DNA of 64,000 nucleotides from Phoronis australis (GCA_002633005.1 NMRA01000182.1:475914-539913), one strand, 5' to 3'. Shown: positions 1-15,146, numbered from the stretch's first letter. Program-made: numbers and translations. The notes: generated from the letters alone by a model not told the origin.

Positions 1-2012
1 GTTTATCAAATTGTTCCGCACAGCGCAAAAAAGTATTTAAGTGTCTGAATAGGTCAGAAAATAAAAAGAAAACATTTTTCTTCACAGGTCACTGAGTAAC
101 AGTTGGAAAAACAAAGTAGATCAATAACACTCTTCTGTATTTTTCCCCACTGAAGCAGAATAGGGTGTCGAAAAGGGTTATCAAAATAGGAGACATCATA
201 GATTGGAAAGCTGTTTTGAATGAAATCTGATACTCTGGACTGTTTGTTGTACTTTGTGATTATATAAGTAAAAGAGCTATGGTCAGTTACTGCCTGGACA
301 ATACACTGAGACAATCTAGGAGATTGTGAATGGGTCTGCACTGCAATGCCAAAGGACAGTGTCTTCAGCAATCTTATATCCTACAGCCATAGAACTCTCC
401 TTTCTTCTTTGACCTAGTTTTGGAATATCAAGTACATTTTCACTGGTTGGACACGTCGGAAACCTTCAAGGTGTAATCTGGGACTGTTCTGTTATTTAGG
501 CAATGGCCAAAATTTGACTGATTGTAATTTTAATGAACACGACAGGTTCATTTTTGACAAAATTAGATTACAGTAAAATGCAATACAGCAGTTCTAAAAA
601 TGGACCACTTGCTGAAGTAAATCCAAGTACATTAACACTGATGAAGTGCAAAAAAAACAGGATGTAAAACGAGAGGTGATTAATTTTTGATAATGTAAAT
701 ACTTAAAATTTTGAACAACACATGGTTAATGGCAGATTAACTGACATATTTTCCCCACCTACACACACTCTTGAGTTACTTCATGTGGGCAAATGGGGCA
801 ACAAATAAACAAAAACAATTTGCAAGAAATCAATTGGCTTAATTGTTTTTCTTTACCACAGCACAACTATGGAATGCTGGCATGATGTTGTTCATTCTTA
901 GAAATTCATTTAATGCAAAATGTTAGAATGTATTTTGTTTCACCTGCTTTCAGAAAGAGAATTTTCTTATTGAAAGTTTACTAAAGACGTCAGCTAACTA
1001 TTTTATTTTCATAGTGAACAAATGTAAGAATCAATAACAACTTTTAGAATGTAAATAATCATTTTGGACTTAATATTTGTAATGAAATGACATGTGGAAT
1101 AAAACGTTTTATACAGAATTTGAAACCAACTGGTAATAGATTTCAAAGCCTGAAAGCAACTGCCTCTAATTGCTGGAAAACATTGGAGTGATAAAAATTG
1201 CTTGCATTGCTTCCTGGCTAATTAACTCCAGAAGTAAACAAAGAAGAGGTTTGACCTTTGGTGGTAATAGTGACCCCAAGGTCACAAGGATTTTGACCTT
1301 TCCACCACAATTCAGAAGATTGTATTATTGTCTTATGTAACTCTGTGGTCAGTGTCTGACCAGATTTATACTCATGGCTAAACACACAAATTATGATCAA
1401 TGGATCTGGTAATTGGAAATGGGATGTGAGCACTCCACATAGTAACGAAAATATACCTTTGGGATAAAAAATATCACGACTATGCAAACAGGCCTTTTCA
1501 TTTGCTGGATTAAAAACAAGCAGACATCATTTAAGAAAGGCATATACAGCAAAACTTCATCAAAATAGGAAAACTGATGTGAAAAATATATAATTGTGTA
1601 TAATTTTTAAGTACAAAGAACTGGTTTCAACCCTAGAGGTGATAAACCATGTAGAACAGTAAAGGAGTTGCTATCAGTATTTTGACAGGCTTCAAAGTTC
1701 AGATCAGAAGGTCAGCCAGTATTTAAAATTAAGATAAACACTTGTGTTTTTGTTAATAATAGCTGATACAAAGTTAAATAGCTCACGCATTTCACAGGAT
1801 TTTTTCTTGTATTGTCCCAATTATTCGGTAAACCAACAGGTTATAGGAAATGGGAATGTAATCAAATTTCACTGTTTCCCGTTCTTTGGAAATATTTTTT
1901 TCAAGAATGAAGATAAAAAAACATGCACAGGAAAATTCATGCTGTGCAAAGAAAATGAATCACATACGAGTCGCCATCCCCTGTGTTGGAGTTTAAATTA
2001 GGGTTTCCTAAC

Positions 2013-2507
2013 GTCTTTCATGCCAACTTTCTAAAACCCCAATACCAGAGGAGCGTCCAGGTAAACTGCGAAGTTAATTGAACATTTCTGAACAATGTCG
2101 GCTGTTAGTGAACACCGATATTATCACAGTTTGTCATGTGAGACACCGAAGTTATTGCAAGGCAGTACATCAAAAATGTTTGTGCAGGTGAATTTTTTGT
2201 AAATCTAAAATATCGTATATATGGTCAGATAATAAATGAAATGAATTGAAGTGCTTATTGTGGTAGAATGGTGAATATTTGAAAAAAGTCAAATAATACC
2301 ACAGCATGTGCCGTTATTGACAATGACAATTACCGATAACTTCAACAACACTGAAGTTAACTGTGTGTCGAGGCGCCACTATTAAATCCACATGTTTACT
2401 GCAAAGTTAACTGGCACTGTTAACTTCAATCCAGGACTGAAGTTAACCATTCATACACCAACTTACACTCCCCAAAACATGGACGCGTCCACACTGGTAA
2501 GGCCCCT
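2013..2507. mobile_element. Degraded copy of the 17656-18185 MITE family, in Runx intron 2
   Basis: Shares gtaaactg(c/t)gaagtta(a/g)ttgaaca and gttaactggcact(g/c)ttaactt...atccaggac...ttcatac with the 17.7-18.1 kb element, in the same order and with similar spacing. Confidence 0.65.
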
Positions 2508-2924
2508 AACAAAAATGCTCAACAGCGATTCTCCTTGAAACACTACAACATAGCCGAGGTCCACTGCAAAGAGTTAGTGACCTACACAATTTTCAATGTA
2601 CTTGATCAAGAAATTCCAAACTGTTTTCCACAGGTTAAGTTCATTTCAGTCTCCACCTTCAAACCGCAACACTTCCCCCCATCCTTGGGTGTATGCAGAT
2701 ATAAGCTTGTCAGCAAAATGTCCAAAGCAGGTCATTTGCCACAATCTCTCAGAAAGCATCAAATTCTCAAGACAAATCTAGACAACAAAATTCTACAGGC
2801 AAAAAACAACAATAGGTTAAAATTTCCATAAAAGAATATCCAAAAATTTCCCTGTGGCAGGTTGACAAATTTTTCAAACAAATGCGCCAACTCTAGACTC
2901 CCCTTCCAACACATTTCCAATTTA

Positions 2925-3080
<156 letters not shown>

Positions 3081-6000
3081 TTAATTACTCCAGCTAGAAT
3101 AGTAACGCAAAATAAAAGAGACATCCTTCAATTAATTCAGGACCCAATACTGGTTCCTAAAAACAATCTATTCTATCCACACCTACCAGCATAGACAGTA
3201 TGTCTGCAACACAGAAAGGCTTTTTAAAAAAGACATGCCAGTAGCAGTTTTGGCATAATTTCAATTTTTACGCATTCGGATACACAAACAAATCACAAAC
3301 CAGGAAAAGTTGTTTCAATAACATCGAATTTTGTCAAAATGGCAATAACTTGATAGAGTGTCCAATTTATTATTTTTTGATTTGACATCACAACCCAGTG
3401 TCTACAAGGTTAGTCAGGTTCTTTCAGTCTGGTTAAATCTAGCTACTAACTGTTTGTTACTAGACACAAGTTTACAGATGCTGAACTTTACACTCTGGAT
3501 TTTCCTGTAAACATAATCAGCTGACTGGGTGCTATGCCAAGAATTCATTGCGTCATACAGATGATATTTCCCCTAGACAACCAGGCTCACAGTTCCTGAG
3601 GGACATCATGAGAGATGACATGGTGGCAGAATGCACAGTGGTCTCAGAGCTTAAAATTAGATTATTGACAGTTTTGATGACATCTTAGCAGGACATGTTT
3701 TTTCCTTCTTTGTAGGAATTATTAATTTGTGTCTACTCATTACTCATCGGTAAGATGATGTATTATGGTTTATGACTTCACTCTGGTCAACAGCTAACAG
3801 ACACCATAGGAAGTGATTATTTAGTTTCAAGTGTCCATCTTGGATCTTGCCAGAATGACAATCGAAACATGCGCACTACAGTCTGTATGAGATTCTGTGG
3901 CACTTCAGCAATGAAAATGATAAAGATGACTATCCGCCACGCATGGGTCTAGACCTCTACCAGATTTACTCCTCAGTTAGTAACTTATTCCTGATTAACA
4001 GTCGTTATTACTGGTATTATTTTTGTGCACAAAATCATAAAATTTATACATATATATATGAAGTATTTATACAGAACAGTGAAACACAATAAGTATATGG
4101 TACATACGTTGCTTGATTAAATGTACCAGGTTATAATACCAGCCAAAATGGTTGATAAGAGGAACGAATGCTAATGACCTTGTAGCCACTGACATCTTGT
4201 TTTCCAAATGGCTTCCAGGTTAAGAATCACAAATATTTAAGAAATAGTTAGAACTATTATTGAATTTCTCTGAAATTCAGCGGAAGGACGGGCTGACCTA
4301 CGTAATTACAAATGATTCGGAATCCTATTTTCCCATCACATGTCCTTCTCCAACTACAGTTTCTGTGAAGCCTAATCTACATCCAAGTAGGGGAAATAAA
4401 CACTCCATGATTTCTAGGTTTAAAGTTACAAAGCAAAAAGGTTAAAACATTTGACCTCCACTGGTTATTTACTTATTCCAATATCTTGATGATTTGTGGA
4501 ACACACTAACTTTGGCCTAACTCAAAGGATCTGTGGCACAGCTGGTCAGCTTGTGATAAGTGACTATGAACATGAAACCTGTTACAGTCCACTATTTAAA
4601 CAAGACAGCAGCAGAACCTTCACCATAGAGAAAAATACATGCTCGATGACCAGGTCAACAATGGTCAAATCTGGTCACAGTGAATTAGGTAATTCCGGAA
4701 AATGTAAACAGGCCAATTTTTTGGCACAGGACTTGCTACCAACTGAGTATTGGAAAATGTACTCCAATTTATTTTGAGCTGACTCTCGGAATTAAATTTC
4801 CTTACTGGTGATTGAGTGTCTCAGTCAACGACCTTCAGTAAGTGGGCGAAAAGAATTAGAGGATGTGCACATAACATGGGGGTGAGCTATGGGGGTGATG
4901 AACCTGTCCCCTGTGACACTAATTTCTATGAAATCAACTGTAAGTATAATGTAACCAGGACACATGTGAGTCAATCAAACCTGCATGAGAATGACTTTCA
5001 TGACAACACGTTATGACGCCCACTCAATAGCTCAAGAGCTTTCAGTCCATAACACTTGACAAGCTAGCATTATTTGCCTTAAACCCCTTTCAATACTGTT
5101 GAAAACATATCCACAACTGTAGTTGGCATTGCAAGTGGTGACCCCAAAGCACATATACGACCGTATACGGATATATTAAAATCCAATGTAGAGTTACTGG
5201 TGACAAATTAGTTAAAAATGACCACAACTGGCTCTTAGTTCTCTTTAGAATTAAGATATATTTACAGGGAATGAAGATGAGCTATTGTTCAAAGATTACT
5301 CAAACTTTATCGATGACATGACAAACAAGTCTTTTTAGAGGAACATTCTCACCAGGTTTACTAATGAATGACAGTAGATTACGGGACAAATTAGTCAACA
5401 TCAACTGTAAGTAAAATTCCAAATGAGACTGAAAGCCTTTTTGTACATGTGTAAATTCTTCCGACAACCTTTATCAAGGATTCACAGTGGCTGAAAGAAG
5501 TCTACCTACTCAGTACTATTTGAAGAACTACTTCACACAATCCAATGACTAGGAAAAAACAGAAATATGAGCCAGCCATTATCAACAGCATATACTATTG
5601 AGATCAGGGTATGTTTTCAGAGGTCAAACAAGGACAGTCTACAGTCAAGGCTACTAGTGGTAACTCAGGTCCGATAATTAACAAATTAATTCACCCTTCT
5701 AATTAGATGGAGAGCCATAGAGTCTGGGACTACAAGCTTTGAGTGAATGCCCTAATTATATTTCCATTAGACTCTAGAATGTAAATTTGTCAAGCCAATG
5801 AAATGATTTAGCTAAGTTTATATTTCACATGAGAAAAAGTACAGGTTCACGGGAGAGTATATTTGCGTCTTGATCAATATAGATATGTTTTATTCCACTT
5901 ACAATGGACGACTTGTTTTTGAAGGATAGTTAACTTTAATAACCTGAGAGGCATCGTAATATTTTGTAACAGTATTATCATTGATATTTGAGCTGGACTC

Positions 6001-6945
6001 TTATTATTATAAAGTGTCTGATCAATTTTCACACATAGCAAAAAGTCAAATGGTATTTTTCATGTCCTCAACTTCGATTCGGAACTATCCAAACTTGTTT
6101 GCAAAAGATCTTGTGTTAATGTAAAAGAGGATGAATTGAAGAAAACAAAGCTCGTCTGGGTCAAAAGGATGTCAACTTCCCATTCTTACAACTGAAGGAT
6201 GGTAATTAGAGGTTTCTTTACAGACAGTAAGCATATTTCAACCATATTTGACTGGCCCAGTCATTGGCTGTTCTTGGAAATATTTAGTCATACTAACCCT
6301 GCCTTCACAGCAACACACAGATGGAAGAAGAATGGTCACTGTAAAACCCTGAATGACTGCCCAGTGATGCATCCTTTGAACTTAGCTATATTAAATAGTA
6401 ATACAGCAATAACATAAAATCTTGCAATTTAGAGTTTTTTTGGTAAGTTTTATCTAGTCACCAATTTCATCTTGTGCACTTCAAAAAATACAGGTTATAT
6501 TCATAAAACATTCATTTCATTTATTACCGTAATGTTTCCTCAAATTCAAAAAAAAAAAAATAATAATTGTCAAAATTGTCATTTTCTCATTGTTCAAAAG
6601 TTCACTGAAATGTTACATATGCTCAAATTTCATCACTTGTTTGTTGACGACAGGTGTACAATAAGGACAACAAGTAATGAAGTATAGTTTTCCTCGAGCT
6701 TATTTTTGTTGAAAATTTGAAAACCAGTTTCACTGTTCCTCCATATTTTGTACTAAATTAAAGAAATTCTATGCAGCAAATGATGGACTGTCAACAAACA
6801 AGTGAGGGCAGAAGATAAATGCCTTTATGACCAAGAAAGATCAAATGTGTCAACCATTCCCAGTGACACAGATCAGTGCACATAGTAACACAGAGACGAT
6901 TATAATAGATACAACAGGTCTGTCAGGCACTGACCTTAAAACCTG

Positions 6946-7089
6946 GCGTGCGTGCGTTCAGTAACGCTTAAGACCTACGCTAGGACCTAGCTAAAGTCAC
7001 GTGTTCTCATTTAAAATACAAGGCAGTATCTTGTGTAATCTCGCGAAGTCTTGCTTTTTAGCGAGGTCCGAGCTTTACTGAACGGGAGG
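6946..7089. mobile_element. Small MITE (about 145 bp) in Runx intron 1
   Basis: Subterminal inverted repeat cgttcagtaacgct / agctttactgaacg (1 mismatch), CTG on both flanks, CpG-rich relative to surroundings. Confidence 0.5.
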
Positions 7090-8590
7090 CTGGCTAAGAC
7101 AATGAATGGTGAATGAGGCATTGAAAAAGGGGCAGTGAAAATGAAGAGTTAACAGGGGGACTACTAAAACAATTGGGTCTGTGAAGTAAGCTTACAACAG
7201 CATTCCAGTCTTTTTGTAAATGCAGGAGATAATTTCACGAAAGGCACTAATACACATTTTTCATGAGCGGTAAAGATATCATCAGTTTTTCAGAGGCAAA
7301 AATAGTAGCAGACATGCTGTACGCCAGCAGTTTGTTCGTTTCCTCAATAATTATTAGAGTTGAAGCGTGTTCACTTGTAGTAGTACATTGATAAACACTA
7401 CGGTAGAGAAAATGCCGGTAGGTTTGACGCAACTCAAACAAAAACACTGGTGTTTTAGCCAGTGAATGGAATCAATTAGTTAAAATAGAGCTTCAAGGAC
7501 AAATATTGCATAGCGAATACGCAAAACTTAGTTCATGTATCAAGGAATCTAGATGGCAAAATCTAAGTGAATCTCTCTGTTCCAGGCAATTTTGTAAACA
7601 TGGAATTTCAGCGTACTGCTTTTAAAATTTCTTTCGTGTGGACCTCCTGAAGTCAAATGCAAATGTTGAGATATTTCCCCCATCTCTTCCTTCGTTAATT
7701 CGATACCATTAAGACATTCAACCAATACACCTGCTGCTATATTCTTGACTCAACATTGTACATTAGTATAATTCCATTAGTCCACAAGTACTATTTTATA
7801 TCAGCATCACTAACACAATTGCATAACTTGTAATTGCACCTGGTCCTGAAAACCCAACATTCAATTTTTGTCCCCATTAATTAGAAAGCACTTGGAAAAA
7901 AGAGTTCTACCAGAGCCTCAAAGTTCCCCACATAACAAAGAGTGGTCACATCTGAATGAGTTGTGTGCATCCACAAATCCACAAACCAAAATGTTGAACT
8001 GTAGTGAACGTTAAGGAGACTTAAAATAGTTCTTTTGGCTAATTTGCAATTACAATTGACTTTAGTGCAAGAATGGTGAAGGCATCCAAATAAGCCATTC
8101 AAATGTTAGGATAATTGTCCACAGCGGACTTTTCAAAGTTTCTTGTTTTTTAACACCCATGCCCACCCCCTGATTTTTTAATTTCCTAATTTAAGCACCC
8201 TTGGTGCAAAACAAGGAGGGTAGTATACAAGTAAAAGCCCAGGCTTCGTCTGGTACAGCCTATCCATTCACATTCGACACAATTCCTCATAAAATCAGGC
8301 GTAAGTCATAAATTGAAATATCAGCTTGTGTGGCATATACAATACGTCAATTTAATGGCGGAGGTAAAGAAATTCTCTAAAACACCTTTACCAGACAGTA
8401 GTAAAAGTTTCTTAGTGACAGGTAAGAGATAGAAAGGCCAGGCTAACTGTGCTAAGACATATGTTTTCATACAGGACTGTTATGACAATTTAAGTCTAAA
8501 AAAATCAGCTCAAGGAATTACATGATATTGAGTGGCACTACACTAAAGATTTTTCATTACTGGACAAAAAAAAAACACACCCGCAGACTT

Positions 8591-8622
8591 GTACAACCAT
8601 AGACTACAGTCTATGGTACAAC
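8591..8622. mobile_element. Minimal transposon remnant: 18-bp palindrome with 7-bp target-site duplication
   Basis: GTACAAC-CATAGACT-ac-AGTCTATG-GTACAAC. Confidence 0.6.
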
Positions 8623-10284
8623 TTATACACAACTTGATATATGTCACAAAAAATGAATGAAATGAGAGAACAATGCAACTAGGGAAGAGCCTGGCTTACA
8701 TATTGACAACACCTTGTCTACACACCCAAAGGTGATGTCAATGTAAATCAGTGCATGTTGTAAACAACATTGTGTGACCAGTGGGGTGGGTTGGGGGCTG
8801 TCACTAGGGGCAGAAAGAAATTAAAAAATATGAGTGGGAAGACCAGAAATCAGATTGTGAACAGACAACTAATAACGAAGTGGCAGCTGATGGGGGCTGA
8901 GGATCAAAACCTTTGCGTGTGTTTTGTATATATGGTATTGATGTTAGATCTCTTAGTGTTTATTAATAAGAGTTTAGTGGTTCACCATGAACATTCCTTA
9001 ACAACCTGGTGTATTATCATCGTATTACATCCCCTGTGTGTACAAAAGAAGCTTATGGTACAATATTTTTTGGAAAAGTACAAATGAAGGTTTATGTGAT
9101 TGATGGACTGGATTATAGAATAACTATGTGCATATATATGTATATGTAGATATAGATAGATAAATGGGGAAGGAACACTTTGTTTCCAAATGACTTACAT
9201 TGTTTCCTCAATAATCCATACCTTCCTGGAGAAAAAACTTTTAGTTTCACAAGGGAAATAGACAACTGGACAAAAAATTCTCTCATATTTCACAGCTAAT
9301 GCAGGACATAGGATATGAACAAATAAAAGATCACAGACACTAGCAAAACTATCCACAGCCCTAAGACAGTGTAGACATTAACACAGAGTTGATTGTTCCT
9401 TGATAGAACAGACGGAAAGAGTACTAAAATAGCCCCAGTCACAGCCTACAAAATTCTATTTGACCACAAAATAACGATAAAAATCGGGTATTAATATAAA
9501 CAAGCCCACGGCTGTTGAGACTGAGTCTAAGCACTTGCACCCTATTGAGAAAGACAATTGAATGGGGGGTAATTGTCTTGGCTCAACAGAGATGACCTAG
9601 TGGGCATAGCTGGCACAGCATGGTCACACTGCCTCAGTGGACCCTAACACAATGAGTATCATCAAGAGGTCAAATGTGTTCACTTTATACTTGTTTATTG
9701 TTTTCTTTGGCAAGTTCACGGTCATCTGGAACTTATTTTTTTACTTTTTAGTACAGGTAGGCTGCCACTGGGTCATATCTGAGCCAAAGAGGATTCTGAA
9801 TATTAGAGACAGTAATTATTGCTTGATCTCATCTGAAATAATATTTTGAACTGAGTGTAGAGATCTGCATTTGAAACACTTCACCTCCGATTGCACTTAC
9901 GAAAACGTGAAACGTTTGAAAATATGTATTAAAGGCTGTTACAGTAACACAATGTTCTACGAATTGGAGATGGCTCCGGTACATTTTTCTGTCATTGCAT
10001 GCATATTTATTTATACCCGGTGTGTGCTGGAAACAATCCAAAAATCAATTACTGGATGAAGCCGACGACGTAAACAACTGCGCTGAACGTGACTCATGGC
10101 GCATTTCGTAAATTACTTGGTATCGTTACACACACAGGCTGTATAACCCACTGACCAGTAAAATAGGGTCTGACAAGAGACCGGCCGAGACGACAGATTA
10201 TAAACACGTGGTTAAATCCTAAGATTATTCAATATTACCGCAGCGGGTGGTCGCTCGTAAAATCAGCTGATCAACAATAGTTCA

Positions 10285-10785
<501 letters not shown>

Positions 10786-10903
10786 TTACAAACGAAACTA
10801 CAACTTTTTCTAGGTTAAACAAGACTCGGGGTTATCCCAAATTAGCCGTGAATTCCCTAAAACCGCAGCTAAAGACGCAAAAACCGCGCGGTGTGGTGTT
10901 GAC

Positions 10904-10939
10904 GAAATGACAATACACCAATCAATGAAACGTTTTATA
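10904..10939 (-). promoter_or_regulatory. Runx proximal (P2-like) core promoter: TATA box plus initiator, TSS near 10908
   Basis: Minus strand TATAAAA (10939-10933) lies 31 nt upstream of the A in TCATTTC (Inr consensus TCAKTY, 10910-10904), about 130 nt upstream of the Runx ATG, in CpG-rich sequence. Confidence 0.7.
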
Positions 10940-13900
10940 GCACTCCTCTTTGACCTCTTACTCACCACAGGTCAAACCAAATAGGATATCAATGCGCGAT
11001 ACCCACGTGATTTTCATTAAATTGAAACTGTTCTTCCAATAATATACTACTAAAGATATTTCCAATAATAACCAACCATATTTTAAAGTTACTTTATGAC
11101 CAAAGAATCTATTTGAAAAACACCAGTTCAAAAACTAAGGAGTCGTGTACTACACGGCGGATGAATACAATGTGAATAGGCTTCATTCACAGAAATCGTA
11201 TATTTACACTAAATGACCGTAGTAGTAAATGATTCACGGATGCATGTTTATTTGCGCATTGCTTCAATGTGCACTGTGAACAGTGCAAACGGAAAGGTCA
11301 TTTCCTCGGCGCCTTTTATCAGAAGTCCAGGCAATTAAAAATGTCGAGAAAGTGTCTAGCAGTTCCCGTGATGACTTTTTGACTCCAGTGATTCATAAAT
11401 TAACGAAAACTAATTACAACAAACAATGCATAATGAGTAAAACCATGTCTTTACGAGGATAAATAAATTTCAGCTTATATCGGTCTAAATATGCAGCTTC
11501 ATTATTTCACACAGAAAAGCGTGATAATAGTGAGATAGACTTGTTTTATGAAAATGTATGATAATGCTTGCGTTTGTCGCTTGCGAAATTGTCTTCTACG
11601 TTAAATGAACAATGGCAATGGAACACGACGGCGCAATAAGAATTTCTACATAGCGAAACAGACACAAGTATTTATCCCACAGTACGAGTACACAAAGCCC
11701 TTCATCTTCATTACAAGACAGTTTCGGAAGATCAAAACAAAACTATAAACCTTATCAGTCTACCAGGTCACTCGCCAAATAAAGGTAAGTGATGTTGTCA
11801 TAAGTTAAACAAAAGTTTAGACCTGCGAGTAAACAATTGTTTAACGTTAATAACATTTACAGGAAATTCATACAATAGACGGCCTACCTGAAATAACAGT
11901 ACACATCAAAGGTGTCATATTGGGGTTTATAATCGATAAGGTCAAGTAAAAATATTTGGGGAATTTCATCTGACGGGCCGCACAACACGTAAGTGGGGCG
12001 TTGATCGATGGAAGAGAACGCATCGATGGCGAAAGAATGTTTCTGCGTTCTGTTATCCAAGCATTGTGCAAAAGAAGTAGCATCCTTCATTAAAGTTTTG
12101 AAATAGTTGATTCATCTCATTCCATAAAAATGCAACTCGAAATACACTTATTGTTCTGTATTTCTTTGTTGTGTGTTTCGGGTTTCCATAGATCAATCAC
12201 TCTCGACCTACAATATCGATCAAGGTCACCGATACATCGAAGATACCACAACCGATGGTCATCTATTAATTTAAATTTATGAATTTTTGGATAAATCGTG
12301 AAACTCTAGACTCAGTTCAGGTATGCCTTTACACGTAACACAAGTCCGTCAGTTTTTGAGAGAAATTTTAAAGCAATAGAAGAACAAGCTCAAAATTATA
12401 TAACTGAGCAGCCTCGTCATCAAATTAATTTGTCGAGAGAGGGTTTCGCTACGTGCCTCTCCCGGCTAACAGACTTACACTTGGTAGTTATCTAAACCTG
12501 CAGTGCTAAAAATTACAAATCCAACGCTATAGGAGACACAGTCCTGTTCAACAGGCTAACTCGGCTTCTTCTGGTGGGCACCACGTTCAGTCGCCCCCTT
12601 TTGGCATCTTTGAGTTGCCAGCGTCGGTCATCGGCTACGTTTCGCCCACGGTACGCTTTAAACTTGGGGGCACGTCTTCAGTTTCCGGCTCTCGTATAAC
12701 AGGAAAACATAGCCTTATCCCTTGCAAACGTAACCCTCACCGAAACCCAAAACGTAGTTCGAAACAAATTCCAATCTAAGGTCCCAGTTAGTCGTAGCGC
12801 CTGATAATAGATCCTTGGTGAGAAGACAAATTCAAGTCTGCGTCTTCTTTAACAGGCATGCATTTGAAATGATCAACCAGATATTTTTGGGAAGTAAACA
12901 AAAATGTGCGAAATGCTAGTCTTAATCCGGCATTGTACTTTGACACCATGTGATGTACAACGACTGTCAAAACAAATGCAACGAGGGAAAAACAAAACAA
13001 AACAAAACACCTACCCCGGGCGTGACGCGGCACAGGTGTAATCTTGGGAAAACCGAGAGATAACTGTACTGTCATGTCAACCACAGCTGTCTTTTTATAT
13101 CAAACATTATCCCATTAATATCACTAGACATAATTAATAACATGCGTAGAACCAAACTGTTATAATTATTTACTAAATAGACAAATAAAAAACGTGTATG
13201 TTTATTTCCTCAATTCTCCACTATTTTGCAATAATCCCCCGAGAATCGACTACAGCAAATTAGCGTAGGCGTGTACTTATTTTTAGTAAGGTAAACAAAG
13301 GTAATTACCATGCAGGTACGGTGTCATAACCACTGCCATTAGAAAATTATATTTTCTAGCCCGCCTCAACGTGTTGGAAGTAATTCATCTTACGACCAAA
13401 ATTTGTTTACTTCCAAGTTGATTTTAAAAATGGAAACATTGTCTGTAAAACAATGGCTAGTACATACAAGTTTCAAAAACAGAAGCAATGAATACAGAGA
13501 CAAAAATGAATACGAGTATAAGGTTTTCATCCAACTAAAAATCGTTGCAGAAAAAACCTATTAATACTAAAATGTCATTGTTATTATTAGATGACGCCCG
13601 TATCTAAATTCAAGCGAACTGAATTATTGCAGCTCGAAATAAGCATGATAAAAAGACCTAGATAATGTGACGTAGTCTGAACTGATACGCACTAAAGCTT
13701 GTAATGACGTCAGCCGGACGGTGACATTGAAAAGTTGTTGCTAATTTCCAACTTCCATAGGCTTGTCACGATGTTTAGTAAACAAAGCTTGTGAAACGAT
13801 GACGATTGCTTTTTGGTGTCATCGTGACGTGTTTTAATTGCCTAATTGAACATAGTTGGAAATAAATATACTCGTTATATTTTTGTCATTATTAATATGG

Positions 13901-14342
13901 ATCTGCCACATCGACTTCAGTATAAATGCGTACATGAATTAAAAACTGTAAGGTGTGCAAGGATTTGTATGCGTGTCTGTACAGAGGTTCTATACAAAAA
14001 ATAAGTGTTATTTATGAGTTGATGAAAAATTGCCTTTCTATAGGTGCCAACTAATGCTACGTAACTCTAATGTTATTGGTTCACCCATGCCCTCACCAAA
14101 ACAATATTTCACAGAAGCTTTTCTACGAAAACCATCAACTCTAGAAAATGTTCATATGCACTTTCTCAAAGGCCGGGTTTTTTGCGACCATCGCGAACGA
14201 TAAGCCTGTGACCGTCTTCGGCTGGGCTTCTTTCTCATTTATGTCCATGAGAGAACACAAGCGTGTAGTAAACGCCAGTGATTTCATCTTTCTGGGTCAT
14301 CTTAGTTCGTTTGTTTGCCGCCAGGACCTGACAGTAAACACT

Positions 14343-14420
14343 AAAACATGGCGTCTTCTATAGTCGTCTGATTTTGTAGAAATCTCGAGTAATATAACAG
14401 TCCATGCCAATTTGGTAAGT
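14343..14420 (+). other. Supt3h: Probable 3' part of the Supt3h non-coding first exon with its splice donor (5' end not determined)
   Basis: Strong donor TTG|gtaagt at 14414/14415, YY1-like AAAACATGGCG at 14343-14353, located at the edge of the CpG-rich zone upstream of Runx. The plus strand appears T/G-rich downstream (by eye). Confidence 0.5.
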
Positions 14421-14582
14421 GTTAATTAATAAACTGACGAATGTCTATCGTCTTGATACTACTTGATGGGTGAATAGTAACTGATTTTTGAAATCCTCAC
14501 ATGTGCACAGTTGCACCTTTTACTCCGTGACTGAAAACGGGCGCTCAGAAAAGTGACAGCGACGCACGCTGCTCACTGTCTA

Positions 14583-15146
14583 CAGTGACCACCGCCAGTA
14601 GAGACAGTGAAGCTCCTATAGGCGCTTCATACGCCGAAAGCTTTTTTGGCGAAGTATGCCTCGCACTGACTAAAAAATCAAAATCACGTTTTTATAAATA
14701 CCTTTTGCGCATAGAGGGACACCTTAGGAGGCCGTCGATGTATTTAATTAATTCCAACTCTAACAAATACTCCCATTCAAACTTTTTCTTGGAGCAGTCC
14801 TTCTTTCAGTTCCCAAAATTGGTAACTCACCATTTTCTCTCTGGTCATGCCAGGGGATATGATGTCATACCACTTGCCACGCGTAGTGTTAAAAATGGTG
14901 AGTTACCGACTTTGGGAACTGAACGAGGGACTGCTCGAAGAAAAAGTTTGATAACCGGAGTACTTGTTTGAATTAAATGCATCGACGACCTCCTAAAGTT
15001 CCCATCTATGCGCAAAAGGTATTTATAACAACGTGACTTTGATTTAGTCAGTGCGAGGCATAATTCGCCGAAAAGCTTCTGGCATATGAGGTGCCGATAG
15101 GAGCTCCAGTGACCTAATGGCGGTGCCAGTAGGATGGTGGTCACTG
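14583..15146. mobile_element. Foldback-type MITE, about 564 bp, almost entirely palindromic
   Basis: Termini CAGTGACCACC...GGTGGTCACTG. Arms match over about 250 bp (e.g. ttataaataccttttgcgcataga / tctatgcgcaaaaggtatttataa; ggtaactcaccatttt / aaaatggtgagttacc). TCTA direct repeat on both flanks. Confidence 0.85.

Noticed and set aside
14585-15144. Two similar ORFs on opposite strands
   Set aside because: A consequence of the palindromic MITE; no protein similarity recognised.
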